This document shows positions 13,613 to 27,365 of a stretch of 64,000 nucleotides of DNA, in pieces. This stretch comes from Antedon mediterranea. Lineage: Eukaryota > Animalia > Echinodermata. The stretch's first letter is position 1; the number at the start of each line of letters is the position of its first letter. The stretch is taken from NCBI RefSeq assembly GCF_964355755.1, contig NC_092678.1, positions 512,422 through 576,421 on the forward strand, written 5' to 3'. Made by a program: the position numbers and the translations under genes. The notes under the pieces are model-generated. The model ran no database searches. It had not been told where the DNA came from and saw nothing but the letters and a program-made list of their open reading frames with translations.

Positions 13613-14356
13613 AATATAAATGAAAATGTTACTGATAATGAAAATTATCAGTAACAAATATTCCAATGAAGAAAACAATCAACAATACAAAACTGAAAAT
13701 AAAATTAAACTTTATATTAGAATATTATTAACTTTTCCTGTTTAAAATTTGGTAAATATCTGATCATTATGCAATGCAGCTATAACATGCCACTTTATTC
13801 ATCTCTAGAAATGAAAATATTTCAAAAAGGTGTCGAGGAAATTCTTTAAATACAAATAGTTTTTTCTTGTTATTTGCGCCGTCTTTTACGACTTCCATTA
13901 ACAGCATGTGCATGTGCACTAATCATTTAAGCTGTGTCTAAGTCAGCACTGCTGCAAGTCTCTAACATTTCACAATCTTAGTTACAAAACAAAAATTGGT
14001 TTCCATTTCAGACTTAACTTATCCATAATTCATAACATTCTGATATTAATACAATTGGTTTTTAAAAACTAGATAAAAACATGGATACTATTAGTATTAG
14101 ACCCAATTTGAATAATCGGTGAGATTTTTAAAAGCTAGATTAAAATATGATATGAATATACCAAAAATCTAAATAACTGATCAGCCTTTTAAAAATAAAA
14201 GCTACAGTCAGCATACAAGAATTAAAACATGATACTATTAGACCCAATTTAAGTAACTGGTGAGAGTTTTTAAAAGCTAGATTAAAACATAATACGATTA
14301 GACCAAAAATCTAACTAAAATGAAAAACTGGACAGTGCTTAAGAATTAAAACATGA

Positions 14357-15729
14357 CTAGATGGTACGCTCGCTTCGCTCGCGTACCATCTAGTTCGTGC
14401 CCACAGATGGTTCTCGAATACATAATAATTTCAGCGTTAAAAAAACTGGCGATTTCAAATGTACGTACCGCAGGACAATAATACATGTCGTTTACAGGAA
14501 TGAATAAATAGACACTGTGATTTATGTACTGTAAAATTAGTACCCTGGGAATTACTTCCGAAAGAGAAACTTGTCACAAAATGAGACCAATTGTTTAAGT
14601 CAAATTTAAACAAACTTAAATTGTGTTTTGTATGTAACATTTGGGTTGAGGGATGGGGAAGAGGATGGGTGCAAAGAGGAACAATTTTTAAATATATTCT
14701 TTACCCATTTATTAACGAAATATTAATTGTTTTCATGTTTTACAATTAATATACCACTAAACACAGTAAAATATTGCGATTTAATACTTTGTTGAAACTA
14801 TCACCGTCCTAGTCGATTGAAATAGTACAGTACATGTAACGATACATCACTACGACGTGTATGTTTATATAATGTAAAACAATTTGTGAAAACCACCTCT
14901 ATTCGGGGAAAATCATAAATTTGATTTAATCAAGCAAATTCATACTTAAGTTGGTTCCTACCCTATCCACCCCCTACCCACCAAAGTTGTTCTGCGTTTA
15001 GGGCATGTGATGTACCGTAGGCCTATCCTCTACTGGTTTTACAACGCTACTCATGCCAGTGAGGGAAGGGTGATGATATGTGTACATAATATACGGCGAG
15101 TGAAAACGCTAGCTCATTATCCGTTTAAAAAAAAAATTTATATCCAACCTCTGCAGCACAGATTGAAAAAAAAAATGGATCGAATTTCTATTATGAGTAT
15201 ACAGTACCTGTACTTGCCTTTACGACGCCTGAGGGAATAGACACTTGTGGAACAGAGATTGGAATGTTCCATTCATCGCAAATCAATACATTTGTATAAT
15301 CGTATATTAAATCAAAATAGTATTTTTTAAAGAAAATCGGCCTGTCTTCAACATTATGATGCTACTGTATACTCGAGCTGTTCAACCGGTTTTCAGCCAT
15401 TAAAAACAATTATCGTAGGAGGAGATAGGAAAATGCGAAGCATCCTCGTATTATTGTCTGCGGGTATTTTTCAAGACGGACATCCATTAGACAGTGTATA
15501 CCACGATCGAAAAACACCCCTATTTGGGGCAAATCGTTGAACCTAAATTCGTTTTAATTGTCAATAACTAATTATCTAACTCAATTTAATTAGTAAACAT
15601 GGTTACATCAGATGGTTAAAATCAGTACCGAAAGTACGAACCAACTTTATATACCATCGAGTAAACATTCTAGAAATAACGCGCGATTTACCGAATTTTG
15701 CCCTTACGTAAATTTATATATACAGTAGA
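14357..15729 (-). mobile_element. Non-autonomous Helitron, 1373 bp
   Basis: Minus strand A|TCtactg...hairpin ctagatggtacgc-gagcgaagcga-gcgtaccatCTAG|T with no TSD; removing it restores acatgatactattagaccc, the same as the neighbouring repeat unit near 14227. Confidence 0.9.
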
Positions 15730-18107
15730 TACTATTAGACCCAATTTAAGTACGGTAACTGGTGAGAGTTTTTAAATGTAGATTAAAACATAACACAATT
15801 AGACCAAAAATCTAACTGGTCAGTGCTTGTTGCAAAAGCTAGTCAGCATAAGGGATTACTTAGACTCAATTTAAATAATTGACAGTATGCCTATGGGATA
15901 TGACCAAATAAAGGCTACCATCATCCAAATAAAACACAATTACAAACCTATAATCCTCTATTAATAATTTAACCTTGACAAGAAATTAGTTTAAAAAACA
16001 CAACTAAAATCAATGATCTAGTTGTCAGCAATCTATATTGGTGGGGCTTGATTAGTAATGTGTAGGTCACCGTGGAAACAACAGTTAATGGTGGTAAAAT
16101 GATGCTCTATAAATGACAGTTACCTCAGAACAGACATGCTGTTAAGATTACTCAAGTAGATAATATTACTGTATTAGTAAGTGGTGTTAGGAAGAGATGT
16201 CTACTACATCATGATTTTGCTAAATGTCAAAAACTGGTCAGAAAAAAAAATATTTTAATAATAATAAACTAATTTAACTAACTAATTTATTAAATATGAG
16301 ATTGTATTTAAGTTATATACTACTAAATCCTAAAATATTTTAAACTTATTTTAGGACTCATTTTAAACCTTAAAAACGTCATCTAGGACTCTATATTATT
16401 TTAAAACTATGATTAAGACCCGAGATTTCACTGTCAATTCTCTGAACTATATAACAACCCTTGAGAGAGGTGTTAGGAAGGGACGTCCTATAACTTACAA
16501 GTTACAACTCAGAATTAATCACTTCCAGTTATAAATTATTTACAGTATTTATTTAGTTAAATTAAACTCTGATCTTCAGAGGAAAAATATAATAAGTGTC
16601 TTAAAACTAGGCCAACTCAAACTTAGGAAAAGATAAACATTTTATTTTGACACAAGTCTGAATGTTGGAATCATATTCGGTTGTGGTAGTTACTGAATTT
16701 TAAAATTCATAGGAGAAAATATTACAATATTCAAATTTAATATTAATAATGGTAATTACGTATCTACTTAGTACTGCACCGCCTAGTAGTCCCAGCGGGA
16801 GGATGTTGCGCACTGAAGTGGAGACCAAACAAAATAGTGTTTTATCCTCAAATGAATAGCGTAATTAAAGGCAATAATTATGGGCTAGAAAATCAGTATT
16901 TTTTGCCTTGGGTTATACCATCTACGCCTTGGGTTGTACCATTTATGCACCATTAATTCTCAATCAATATCTGTATGACTTTACAATCGGAAATTAGAAA
17001 TTGTTGAATTCAAATTGCTCTATTAAAATTAGTATTCATGTATTGTACAATCATGAAGTTAAAACAACAAATGTTTTTTTCAGTTCTACATGATGGAAAA
17101 GTTTCATTACTTTATTCAGATTTTTCATATTTAGTTTGTTTTCATTTTTGCTTTCTAAATAATTTATGTTGGGTGTGAGACATGGTGTCATTGTTGGTGC
17201 CACAGTGTTAATATGATCAACAAACACAATAATTGGACTGTGAATGTTGACAAGAAATGCTATAAATCAAAGAATCTCAGTTACACAGTATCTATAGTAA
17301 ATTATCATTGTCTGCGATACAGAACAAATTTCACATGTGAAAAACATACAATACAGCAGCGTATGTGATATATATGTGACATTGTATTACAGAATTTGCT
17401 GCTGAACAAATAGTGCCATGTGGAGGCTTGTATCGTGCAAGTTGTTGTTATACAACAAATATACTACATTATAAACTACATCAAGATGTAGTGAAGTTGT
17501 AAGGGAACTGTGCTTGGTGGTTAACATGCTTAACTACCTTCCAATTCCAAGGTCCAGGGTTCAAGACTTAGTTTATAAGCATGATAAATTATGAATAATC
17601 ATAAAAATAGATTATCCATCCTACAATTAGTTACTCGATGCATATGAAATAGAAAAAAAAAAACGTGCCATATGCAAAGTGTACAGACATTAGACACTCA
17701 ACATTATGTAGGAATGAGACATTTTTTAAATGCTCTCTTTAAAATTCTTGGATTATGTATAAACACACGGTATAATTACCTACAGTAACAGACACTCAGA
17801 CTAGTATTGTGAAAAATATTCAGTGATACATTAACATGACATTTATGGAGATGATCGACCGGAATCAAGTAAAAATGTTGAATAAAATTTCATTTCTTGA
17901 AAGGTGAAATATCATTCTACTAAATTATTTAAAAAACTTATCAGTATCAAGCGACAGAGAATGTACAGAGATGACTGGTTTCACAAATATCATAAAAAAA
18001 ACAAGTTATGATATCTAATTTTACATCTTCTCCTTAATAGAAGTTGAATCATTGTTGAGACGTATGCAACATAGAAAACGATGATTGTATGTACAGTTAG
18101 GTTCTTA

Positions 18108-18251
18108 AGCTCTGTCTACACTATCAAAATAGTTTGACAAAAAAATGTGATGTGCTTAATACACGGTAGTGATATGACATCATTGTGTCCATATATATAT
18201 GGGCACATCACATTATTTTGTCACATAAAGTTTGATAGTGTAGACAGAGCT
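18108..18251. mobile_element. Harbinger-like MITE family A, full copy
   Basis: TIRs agctctgtctacactatcaaa / tttgatagtgtagacagagct; TTA TSD on both sides. Confidence 0.85.
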
Positions 18252-18936
18252 TTACCGCACTTTGCGTTGATATGTTGCATCTACGTCCTTGCGTCCTAGT
18301 GGGAACCAAGCTTAAAATAAAAAGCCAACTAACAACTAGACAAACTAGCCACCAAACTACTCATTTCTCTGACCATATAAACTACCTATTCCAGTACATT
18401 TGCAATCACATATGTTTGCTTATATAAATCTGAATACTATTCACAATGCGACTTTATTTAACAAGTCATCAGGGACTCTTAACAACTATGCTAAACCAAG
18501 ACACACATTCTTATCACTCTAAGTAAATATACTTCAATGTTATTCTACCAGGTGAACTACTAAAACTTACACACTACTGTGATAAAACAAACCAATGAAA
18601 AATAAACCCAGACTAAATCTACGAGCCCAAATCTTTATGTAAAACATCGAGTAATAAGCTAAAAACAAACTGCAGACCCAAATAATGTATTAATGTAAAG
18701 AAACTGTAAACCTAAATGTTTATTATGCAAAAATTAAGTCAGTAAAATAAACAAGAAACAAGTGTTATTTAAATCACAAAATGCAAACATTACAAAAAAT
18801 TCTATAAAAACCACATACAAAAGATTCAAAAGCATGAAAATGCATTGAGAAACCTTTAAAGAAACGCTAAGGTACAAACAGTACTAAGTAAATCAACAAA
18901 CTTATGAGAGAGTAAAATGAATACAGAAATATATTA

Positions 18937-19032
18937 AGCTCTGTCTACACTATCAAACTAGTTTGACAACAAAATATGGTAGTGATATGACCATATATGG
19001 GCACATTACATTTTGTTAGTGTAGACAGAGCT
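18937..19032. mobile_element. Harbinger-like MITE family A, internally deleted
   Basis: Same TIRs; TTA and TAA flanks. Confidence 0.8.
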
Positions 19033-19488
19033 TAAGAGATCATTTGAGAACTAACTATCATTAAGTAAAAAGTCTAAAGAACAGCTTCTGATTTTGAAAA
19101 GAAAAAAGCAGAAAAAAATGATGTGGTAACGTAGTAGTAGAGAAACATAGTTAGTAAAGAATCCTACAGTGGAAACCAGCAGCTAAGAAGATGTTTATTT
19201 AAGAACAATAGGAAAGAACATTAACACGATGCACAAACTCAATTGAACGCAATAAGAACTGTGAACACATTTAGAATTGTGAACGCAGAAGAATTGTGAA
19301 TACAGTACAAATTTGAACACATTTAGCAGAAATGTGAACGCAGTCGAAAATTTGAATCACTTTAAAAATTGAACATCAAAATGCAAAAACCCATCAAAAT
19401 GCTTTTATCAAATCCCAAACTGACATAATAAACATTAATAAACATTAATTGCAATATGCTGGCTTTATTCTAACATTAAGTCACTTAC

Positions 19489-19515
19489 ATAACCCGTCTC
19501 TTCATAGTTTCCGGT
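19489..19515 (-). CDS. TES: Candidate 27-nt Testin microexon (TGNYEETGY)
   Basis: gtttttcgtttttgcctacag|ACCGGAAACTATGAAGAGACGGGTTAT|gtaagt; phase 0/0 matches the flanking exons and there is no stop codon. Confidence 0.6.
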
Positions 19516-19621
19516 CTGTAGGCAAAAACGAAAAACATTTTTGGCTTCATGCGTAATAAATATTTATCTCTGGTATTAATTAGGTATCTTTGAAAAATGT
19601 TTGCATCTGGTTTTTATATTA

Positions 19622-19843
19622 ACTATCTGTTTATAATTCTTTACGTTAAACCATTCATGAATACATACATGTGGGGCAAATCGCAGACTAAGGTTAATAA
19701 TAGGGGGCGCAGGTCTACAACTAGCAAAGCTACAGCCCTAACTTTTAGTCATTGTCAGATGAAGATTTGTTGAAAACAAGTTGAAACATTGCACACAAAC
19801 ATATTCATGAATGGTTTAACGTAAAGAATTATATACAGATAGT
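19622..19843. repeat. Fold-back element with about 42-bp inverted repeats (MITE-like)
   Basis: actatctgtttataattctttacgttaaaccattcatgaata versus tattcatgaatggtttaacgtaaagaattatatacagatagt. Confidence 0.8.
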
Positions 19844-22277
19844 CATTGGGTATACGGTAGTTTAATATCCCCAATATATTGTGTATGGCTAGAATTATAT
19901 ATTAAGTTTTATTCCTTGTAAGTTTGTGTTTATTTTATGAGAAGTTGTGTTAGGATCATTTAGTACATATTACATTAATTATGAGATGAATAAGTTGTGT
20001 TAGGATCATTTAGTACATATTATTACATTAATTCAATTTGTCTAAAACTGAACAAGTAAACTTTGTCATTGTCTGTAACTGCATTTTGTTAAAGAATCAA
20101 TCTTTTGTTGTCAGTTTAACAAGAAACATACAACGTTATGAATTCAAATAAATCATATTAGCAATTACACCATCGGACATGAAACCATTCAAGCGTGACT
20201 AATCTTGTCGCGATGCTCTCTTTACTTGTAATGACATCACTAACATCTTGTGGAAGTGTTATTGGCTTCACCGTCATCATAATTAATTACAGATATCTAA
20301 CTAATTAGCTTAATTCTCAACATACTGTATTGTTTGTTTGTTTGTAGTTCTACAGTCACATTATGGATACAAGAAATGTACACATTAATTATGTGCCACA
20401 TTCGATTAGTTTAGCGAGGTCTTAGTTCCTGACTTAGAATTTAATTTATTTAATAGAATATATACCATACTTGAATTTATTTGTGCATACTTTTCATATG
20501 TAGGAGAGTATGTCAGTGCTAGTCGGTTGTTAAGTAACAAATTAAATATACAAGTAATGTACACATTATGTGGTATGCTTTGCTATTAGTTTAGGAGGTC
20601 TTAAAAGCTTCTTAATTTAAATAGGCCTACTTAAAGTAAGACTGTACATCATGGTATAGTGCATACTTAAAGTAAGACTGTACATCATGGTATAGTGCAT
20701 ACTTAAAGTTACTAGCACATTCTGTACATGCATATTTTTAGAATATGTTTTAAATTTGTTAGGTAAAAATACTGTAGGTTACCAGAATGTATATTTATTC
20801 ACAGCCACAAAATATCTATAGTTACATTTCCTTTGAAGATAATCCAACAATGTATTTAAGCACCTTCTTAGTTCTTACAAGCTTGTTGTTTTAAGGATCA
20901 AGTTGCATATTTCACTAAATATTTGTGTTCAAATATGAAACCAATGCAGGAAACAGACCACACAACAGAATTGTTACTTGCGCAATTCAAAGCTTGTATT
21001 GGTTCCCACTCCAGGATGCAACACAAATAATTTGACCGATCTTTATCCCAACTGTCATTGGTCAACTCGCTTGCGTTGCGCTTACATCCTTGCGTCCTAG
21101 TGTGAACCAAGCTTAAGGAATGAGGAAATTTGGTATTTCTTTCTGTGTTACTGAATCACTTTTGTTTATGATATTCTGGTGTATTTTTTCCGTTAAATAT
21201 CAGTTTATGCTGACTTTCTCCTGTAAACCTCTTTCTGGATGCATCGCATTCAATTTGTAAACCATCTGTTGTTTTATATCAAAATTTAAATATTTACTTC
21301 GGTATTGGAATTTAATTTGAAAGTTGTTGATCCCAGAAGTAGTCATTTAATGAACCCCTTAATCACCTCCATTTAACCTACATTTTTATCCAATCACAAG
21401 GGAGTAAAACAAAGTATTAACTTTTATTGCAAAAACCATCAGATGGGGTTTAAAAGCATAATTTAATGGTTATATGTAAATCTGGTACAATGTCGTGTTT
21501 CGTAATCATCACACTAAATCTACATAATCACTTGAAACTCCCGCAAGCGAGCAACTGAGAAACACCGATTTCAAACGTTAAATCCATTTGATAAACCCGC
21601 GTAAACGCAGGATAATATTGGGCAATAAACAATTTACTTGGTTTGTGTGTTGTAAATTCAAACAATACTACCTCTGAAATAAACGTTAGAACTGCTAAAT
21701 TATCACAAGTAGTTTAAAACTAATGCGGTATTATTTGGGTGTAATAAGTAGTACACTTTGAAAGTGTGGGTAATAACGCTGCGTAAAATTTGTGGTACAA
21801 TATGCTCACTGTGTCAAGTTGCTATGTCCTTTTTGTAACAATGTCAAACCACACAATAATCACGTAACCACGTACGTACGAGATGTTTGCCTCATGATTG
21901 TTAGACTAGATACTTAAATGTCAAAGGTCATTGTAAAGTATGCACTTCTATGTAGTTTTCTATTGAGCAAGTGCTAACCTTTTAAGTATCCAACAAAATG
22001 CATTTGCGAATTTAAAGAAATGTCTTCGTTCTGAAAATGCCAACTCCTAATGCCAACTCCTAATGTTAATATTTCTAAATAGTGTTTGATACAAAATTAT
22101 CTACTGCATTATTGCATGACTCTGCAGGTATATTCCCTTTGCATAAACTGAAAACAATATTGTAATTTTATCTCCTACACAGTAGGCCTAATTGAAGACT
22201 ATACCGGTATATTTGACAATGTTAATTGTTAGGAGGTGGTATAGATTAAAAATCAACACAAGTTTGGTTGTACGTAC

Positions 22278-22772
22278 CCACTTTGGCGCCGGCGATCCAA
22301 GCTCAATGGCATCAGACTCATTTTGATCGTTAACTGGAAGACTTGATGGTACCGGTGTGGACACACCACTGGTGCCATTATCAGTTATATGCAGCTTTGG
22401 TGCCGGAGGATTGACCTGGATTGACCCCTCTACTTTGTCTGGTGCTCCTGGATGTTCCGCAGACAACCCTTGTTCTTCTGTCGGCGGTTCTATCATCAGG
22501 TCCGTCATCTGGTCCGTAACCTGTTGTACCAATATCGGTGCCTCGTTTGGCCGTACCTCTTGAATTTGACCGACACCGAGGGCGTTGTCTTTGTACTCTT
22601 GGACAAAGTTCTTGAGTTTATCAGCCTCGATTTGTGAGAGGTTGTCGCAGAATTCTGGGGCTTGGTCGTGGGACGGTAACTGCTCATGAAGCTGTTTGTT
22701 ACGGATGTGAGCGCCATGGGTTCCGGAGATTGGTTGCGCTTCTTTGGGTATCATTTCCATGTATCTGGACAC
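22278..22772 (-). CDS. TES: Testin exon 4 (PET domain and Pro/acidic linker)
   Basis: cag|VSRYMEMIPKEAQPISGTHGAHIRNKQLHEQLPSHDQ...ALGVG...PAPKW|gtacgt; 495 nt; matches the recalled human TES PET segment (YMQMLPKEKQPVAGSEGA...QLPAHDQ). Confidence 0.93.
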
Positions 22773-23342
22773 CTGCAAAAACATGAAGTATAAATCATTA
22801 ATGTCAACAGTTAAAACATGTAAAAAAGAAAATACCAACTACGCACACTTTCACCCTTTAATAACAACAAATTAAAAAGTCCCAAATAAATGAAATAAAT
22901 GTCAAAGCCAAACTGCACATTTGTTGATTAAATTACACAAACAGAATTGTTCCAAGTCCAAATATCGGTTAATTCCCAGATACAAATTGCCGCCAACTTC
23001 CATTAAAAAAATGTATCGAAATAATCCAGGTCTTAGAAGTTTAATAGACAAACTTATTTTCACTCCAAACAATTATTGAAGCTACCTTTCCCTCCAGACA
23101 CCACTTAAATATTGACAAGACATAGCAGTCAGGCTGTAGGCCTACTGTAAGGAGGACTGTATATTAAAGGGTCATTCATACCAATATGATATCTCTCATC
23201 ACACTTTATCATCTTTCTACCGCATTGCGTTATCTAAACCCTTAAAGACATTCCTTCAGCGTTTCAATCAAGGTATTAAGTTCATAGATTTGGTTCACTC
23301 ATACCATGTACATATTTACTTTTGATTGACACAACCATCTTA

Positions 23343-23600
23343 AGTTCTGTCTACACTATCAAACTAGTTTGACAAAATAAGTGATATACCCAAATATGGT
23401 AGTGATATGTCTAAATATGGTAGTGATATTACATCATCATGCCCATATAGGGCCAAAACTCGATAAGCGAAAGCTTTTTTTTTTGGTCTTTTGTCTTTAG
23501 TTTTGATTTTATGTATGTGAAAAAGTACAAACAAGAAAGAAAGACAATAAAGATTATTATATATGGGAACATCCCATAGTTTGATAGTGTACACAGGGGT
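23343..23600. mobile_element. Harbinger-like MITE family A with an internal insertion
   Basis: Family A termini at both ends with about 130 bp of extra internal sequence. Confidence 0.7.
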
Positions 23601-26600
23601 TTAGAAATGTTCAACAGAATGTTTACTGATGTGTCAACATTTTTTTCTTTACTTTTTTTAAATGTCTAGTTATCAACCAACAGAGCATCAAAGATAAACA
23701 GTATTTGTAATTGAAATAAAATAGACAATTAGTAAAATATTCAACCCGAATTTCACATTTAGATGACTTTTTATATTGGTATGTTTACGATGATTCACAA
23801 TTCTTTAGATTTTTTATTGTATAGCAAGAAAGTTTGTCGTACTGTTCATATAGTGTACATCTTTAAATTCTTAAGCCTTTTGGCGACGACGATAACTCCC
23901 TCAGCTAAGTTCAACCTCCTGGCCTTAGAATGCTGAATGCTCAAGTAATGTTGTCTGTCATTTAATGTTGAGTATGATTTAATGTTGAATGTGATTTAAT
24001 GTTGTGCTGACATAGATTTACATCTTATTTCCTACATAAAACAATCTGATATTTCTAAATAACATTTTACAATTTATCATCTTATTCAACAATATAATCT
24101 TCTCTTTTAGTGAGTTATTATATTATATAAATATTTATATTATTATTTTAGTATCCTAAACAACTAGTGATATTTGGAAACTATCCAAATTCTGTATTTG
24201 CAAATAGTATAAAAAAAAGGTTTGTTTTTGATGCTACGTTTGTTGACAACTAGACATTTCAAAACTAAATAAAAAAAGACACATAAACATATACTGTACT
24301 TATTCAATAAAGTATTATTTTAAAATAATTTTCTCACAAAATCTAAAGTTAGAATTTAGTCATAGAAGCAACTCTGGTCTTCATTTTAAACAATAGACTG
24401 ATTTAGTGTCTTACAACGGTCTTTATTTATATGCACACAATGAGTGAACATTCTTCAAATTATATTTTAAGCGAGTACTTAAAGATGGAAATATGTTTTC
24501 ACCTCCAGGCACTTTATGAAATATTTCCCAGCAATATTTAGCATAATTACCAGTTTTGTTTATACCTTTACCTTTGCTCGGAGGTCAGCCAGAGGTTAAT
24601 GACATCTGTGAGGGCGCTTTGAGTATTGGATTAAAGTCTCATAAGGAGCTAGTGGTAATCACTTGATGCGTGTCAATGAACTGTGCGGATAGCCTCTATT
24701 TAAAGACCGCTTCTTGGAAACACGAGTTGGATAGTTTTTGCAACAATTATGTTTAATAAGATTATTAGTGTAATGTGTTGTTCATGTATATTAAGTCTGT
24801 GTTCCTTGTGTTTACTGGCTGAGAAAAATATTAAAGTAAATCATTTTTTTTAATGTGAGTTGTTTGTGTTCCCCTCCATTTTAAAATGAATTTTTGTGAA
24901 CTTCTAAGTAATAATTTCTGTTTTTGGGGTTATTTTTGGCTTTTAAAAATGTTAATTTATCAATCAAAAAATACAAAAACTAAGCAAATGCTTGGTATAT
25001 GATTTTATTCTGGAAATTAATTTAATAAAATCTGTAAACATTGTAATCAATCCAATTACATTGCAATATTTTTAATTAGTAATCAAACACGCATGAGATG
25101 AAAGCTATTGATAATTTTATTGACAAAAATTATCACAAAAGTTAATCATTAACAGCTCAGAAGTACTGTATGATCAGAATATAATTAGCATACAAACCAA
25201 ACCAAATATTTAAACAATTTATTTCTTTTCTAATAGTAAAATCTAAAATAAACGCCCGTGTTAATCTCGTACAAAATGATTGAAGTGGTTACAGTATTAC
25301 AATGAAATATTGTAAATAAGGACATTACAGTATTAAAGAAGCCAACAATAGAAAAACACTCACGTCGCCGCCGACGCATTACATAATCAGATTGCTGACT
25401 CAGCGCTCTAACTACAATGCAGATTACATTTCATAACCTAAGTGTCCAGATTGTAATAAATACTCCATTATTTTTCCTTTTATTTCTTTTGTGTTCTACA
25501 TCATTTTGTCTGGCTGTTACTTCTAATATTGCATCTAATAATTTTATTTATTTTTTGCTATAAAGATGCTAATAAATAACAAATAGTAATTATATCATTG
25601 CCTTTTGCAATTTGATGTATTTTTCTTTTTTTAATTGTCTTTGCAAAAATAAATTTCCATTTTAAAGTGGACCAATAAAATTTCTTGAATCTTGAATAAA
25701 ATTGTGTTTAATTTGAAAATTACTAATTTTTTGTGTGCATGTTTAAATCAATGTTTTAAAGCACGCTGCATCAGGCGAGGAAAGTATGGTTGCTATACAC
25801 CATGTGATTCTAAAAAACGAAACAATATAAGTTGAGAACATCTTAATGTTTTGGTTGCTATGCTACAAAGACATCTTCAGAAGTATCAATCAATCAACGT
25901 TTTACTCACATATTGTTTCTTTCTCTATAATGTTAATTATTACGGTGAGTCAACAATGGTTTTTTGTAGGGCTTCAACTAATGGTAACATTCACTTCTGA
26001 TAACATTAATGTAATCAATGTTATTGTATTGATAATGAAAACATCTGCTGTGTAAATGAAAGAGGCTCGCTGATCTTGATTAGTCTTAACGAATCTCAAA
26101 GCTTGTTGTTGTGAAACTCTTCAATACATCTGGTTTGATTCAAGATAATATTAATTAAGGACAAGATGCAATACGGTCAAATTTCAACAATAGAGAACAA
26201 CTCATCCTACAGACTGATATATTACAGTATTGCATTATTATTGTACAATATTATTACTGTTCTTATTTTATCCAGGATTGCTTAATTTTCCTCTAGCATT
26301 CTGCTTAATTTTCCTCTAGCATTCTTATTAATTTAATACCTGCAAAAAAAATAAGAAAAAAAATTAACAATTAAATTAATTAATTATGTAAATTATATTG
26401 CGATATGTTACAAATAATACAATTTTTATGTATTGTAAAACGAATAAAATATTAACATTTTAATAACAATTATGTAAAATTATATTGCGATACGTTACAA
26501 TAATACGTCTTTTTATCTGTGGTAAAGCATAAAATATTAAACCGTTTTGACAAATTGATTACAAATAGGGTACTTACTCAATGAACAACACAATCACAAT

Positions 26601-26854
26601 TTGAAAGTAGTAAACCAAATTTTAGTTCAATTACAATAACAAGTGATTGACAAGTTGGTGGTTTTGGGCGATGTGTGCCATTCATGTTATCAATTCCTTA
26701 CTTCCATGAAATATAATAAACAATAAAGAGAATAAGCTACTGTATGGAATACAGTGTTCACCATTATTTGTTATACTGTAGATGTATCTCAATACAATGT
26801 AATATACCAGCCTACCTGTATATGATTTACATGTGTTATACAGTGATATAAAGC

Positions 26855-26970
26855 TTGCTGTCCACACTATCACTAGTGCCCAAATATGGTAGTGACATGA
26901 CATCATCATGTCCATATTTGGGCACATCACACTTTTTGTGTCAAACTAGTTTGATAGTGTGAACAGAGCT
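26855..26970. mobile_element. Harbinger-like MITE family A copy
   Basis: tgtccacactatca...gtttgatagtgtgaacagagct. Confidence 0.75.
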
Positions 26971-27106
26971 TAATGATAATAATTGGAATAAAAATGTGTG
27001 TGTGTACAAAACACAAATTTTAGGTCTATTGTGAAATGATAACATTACATTTGAATTTTAAGCCAGTAATATAAACAATTGCACTATACTAAAATATAAT
27101 GTATGC

Positions 27107-27365
27107 TAACTAGTCACTAAATAGTCACTAACTAGTAACTAACCAGTCACTAACCAGTCACTAACCAGTCACCAGCTAGTCACTAACTAGTCACTAACCA
27201 GTCACTAACCAGCCACTAACTAGCCACTAACCAGCCACTAACCAGCCACTAACCAGTCACTAACCAGTCACTAACCAGTCACTAACTAGTCACTAACTAG
27301 TCACTAACTAGTCACTAACTAGTCACTAACTAGTCCCTAACTAGTCACTAACTAGTCACTAAATA
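27107..27365. repeat. 11-bp minisatellite (ctaac(c/t)ag(t/c)ca)n, about 23 copies
   Basis: Direct reading of the sequence. Confidence 0.9.
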
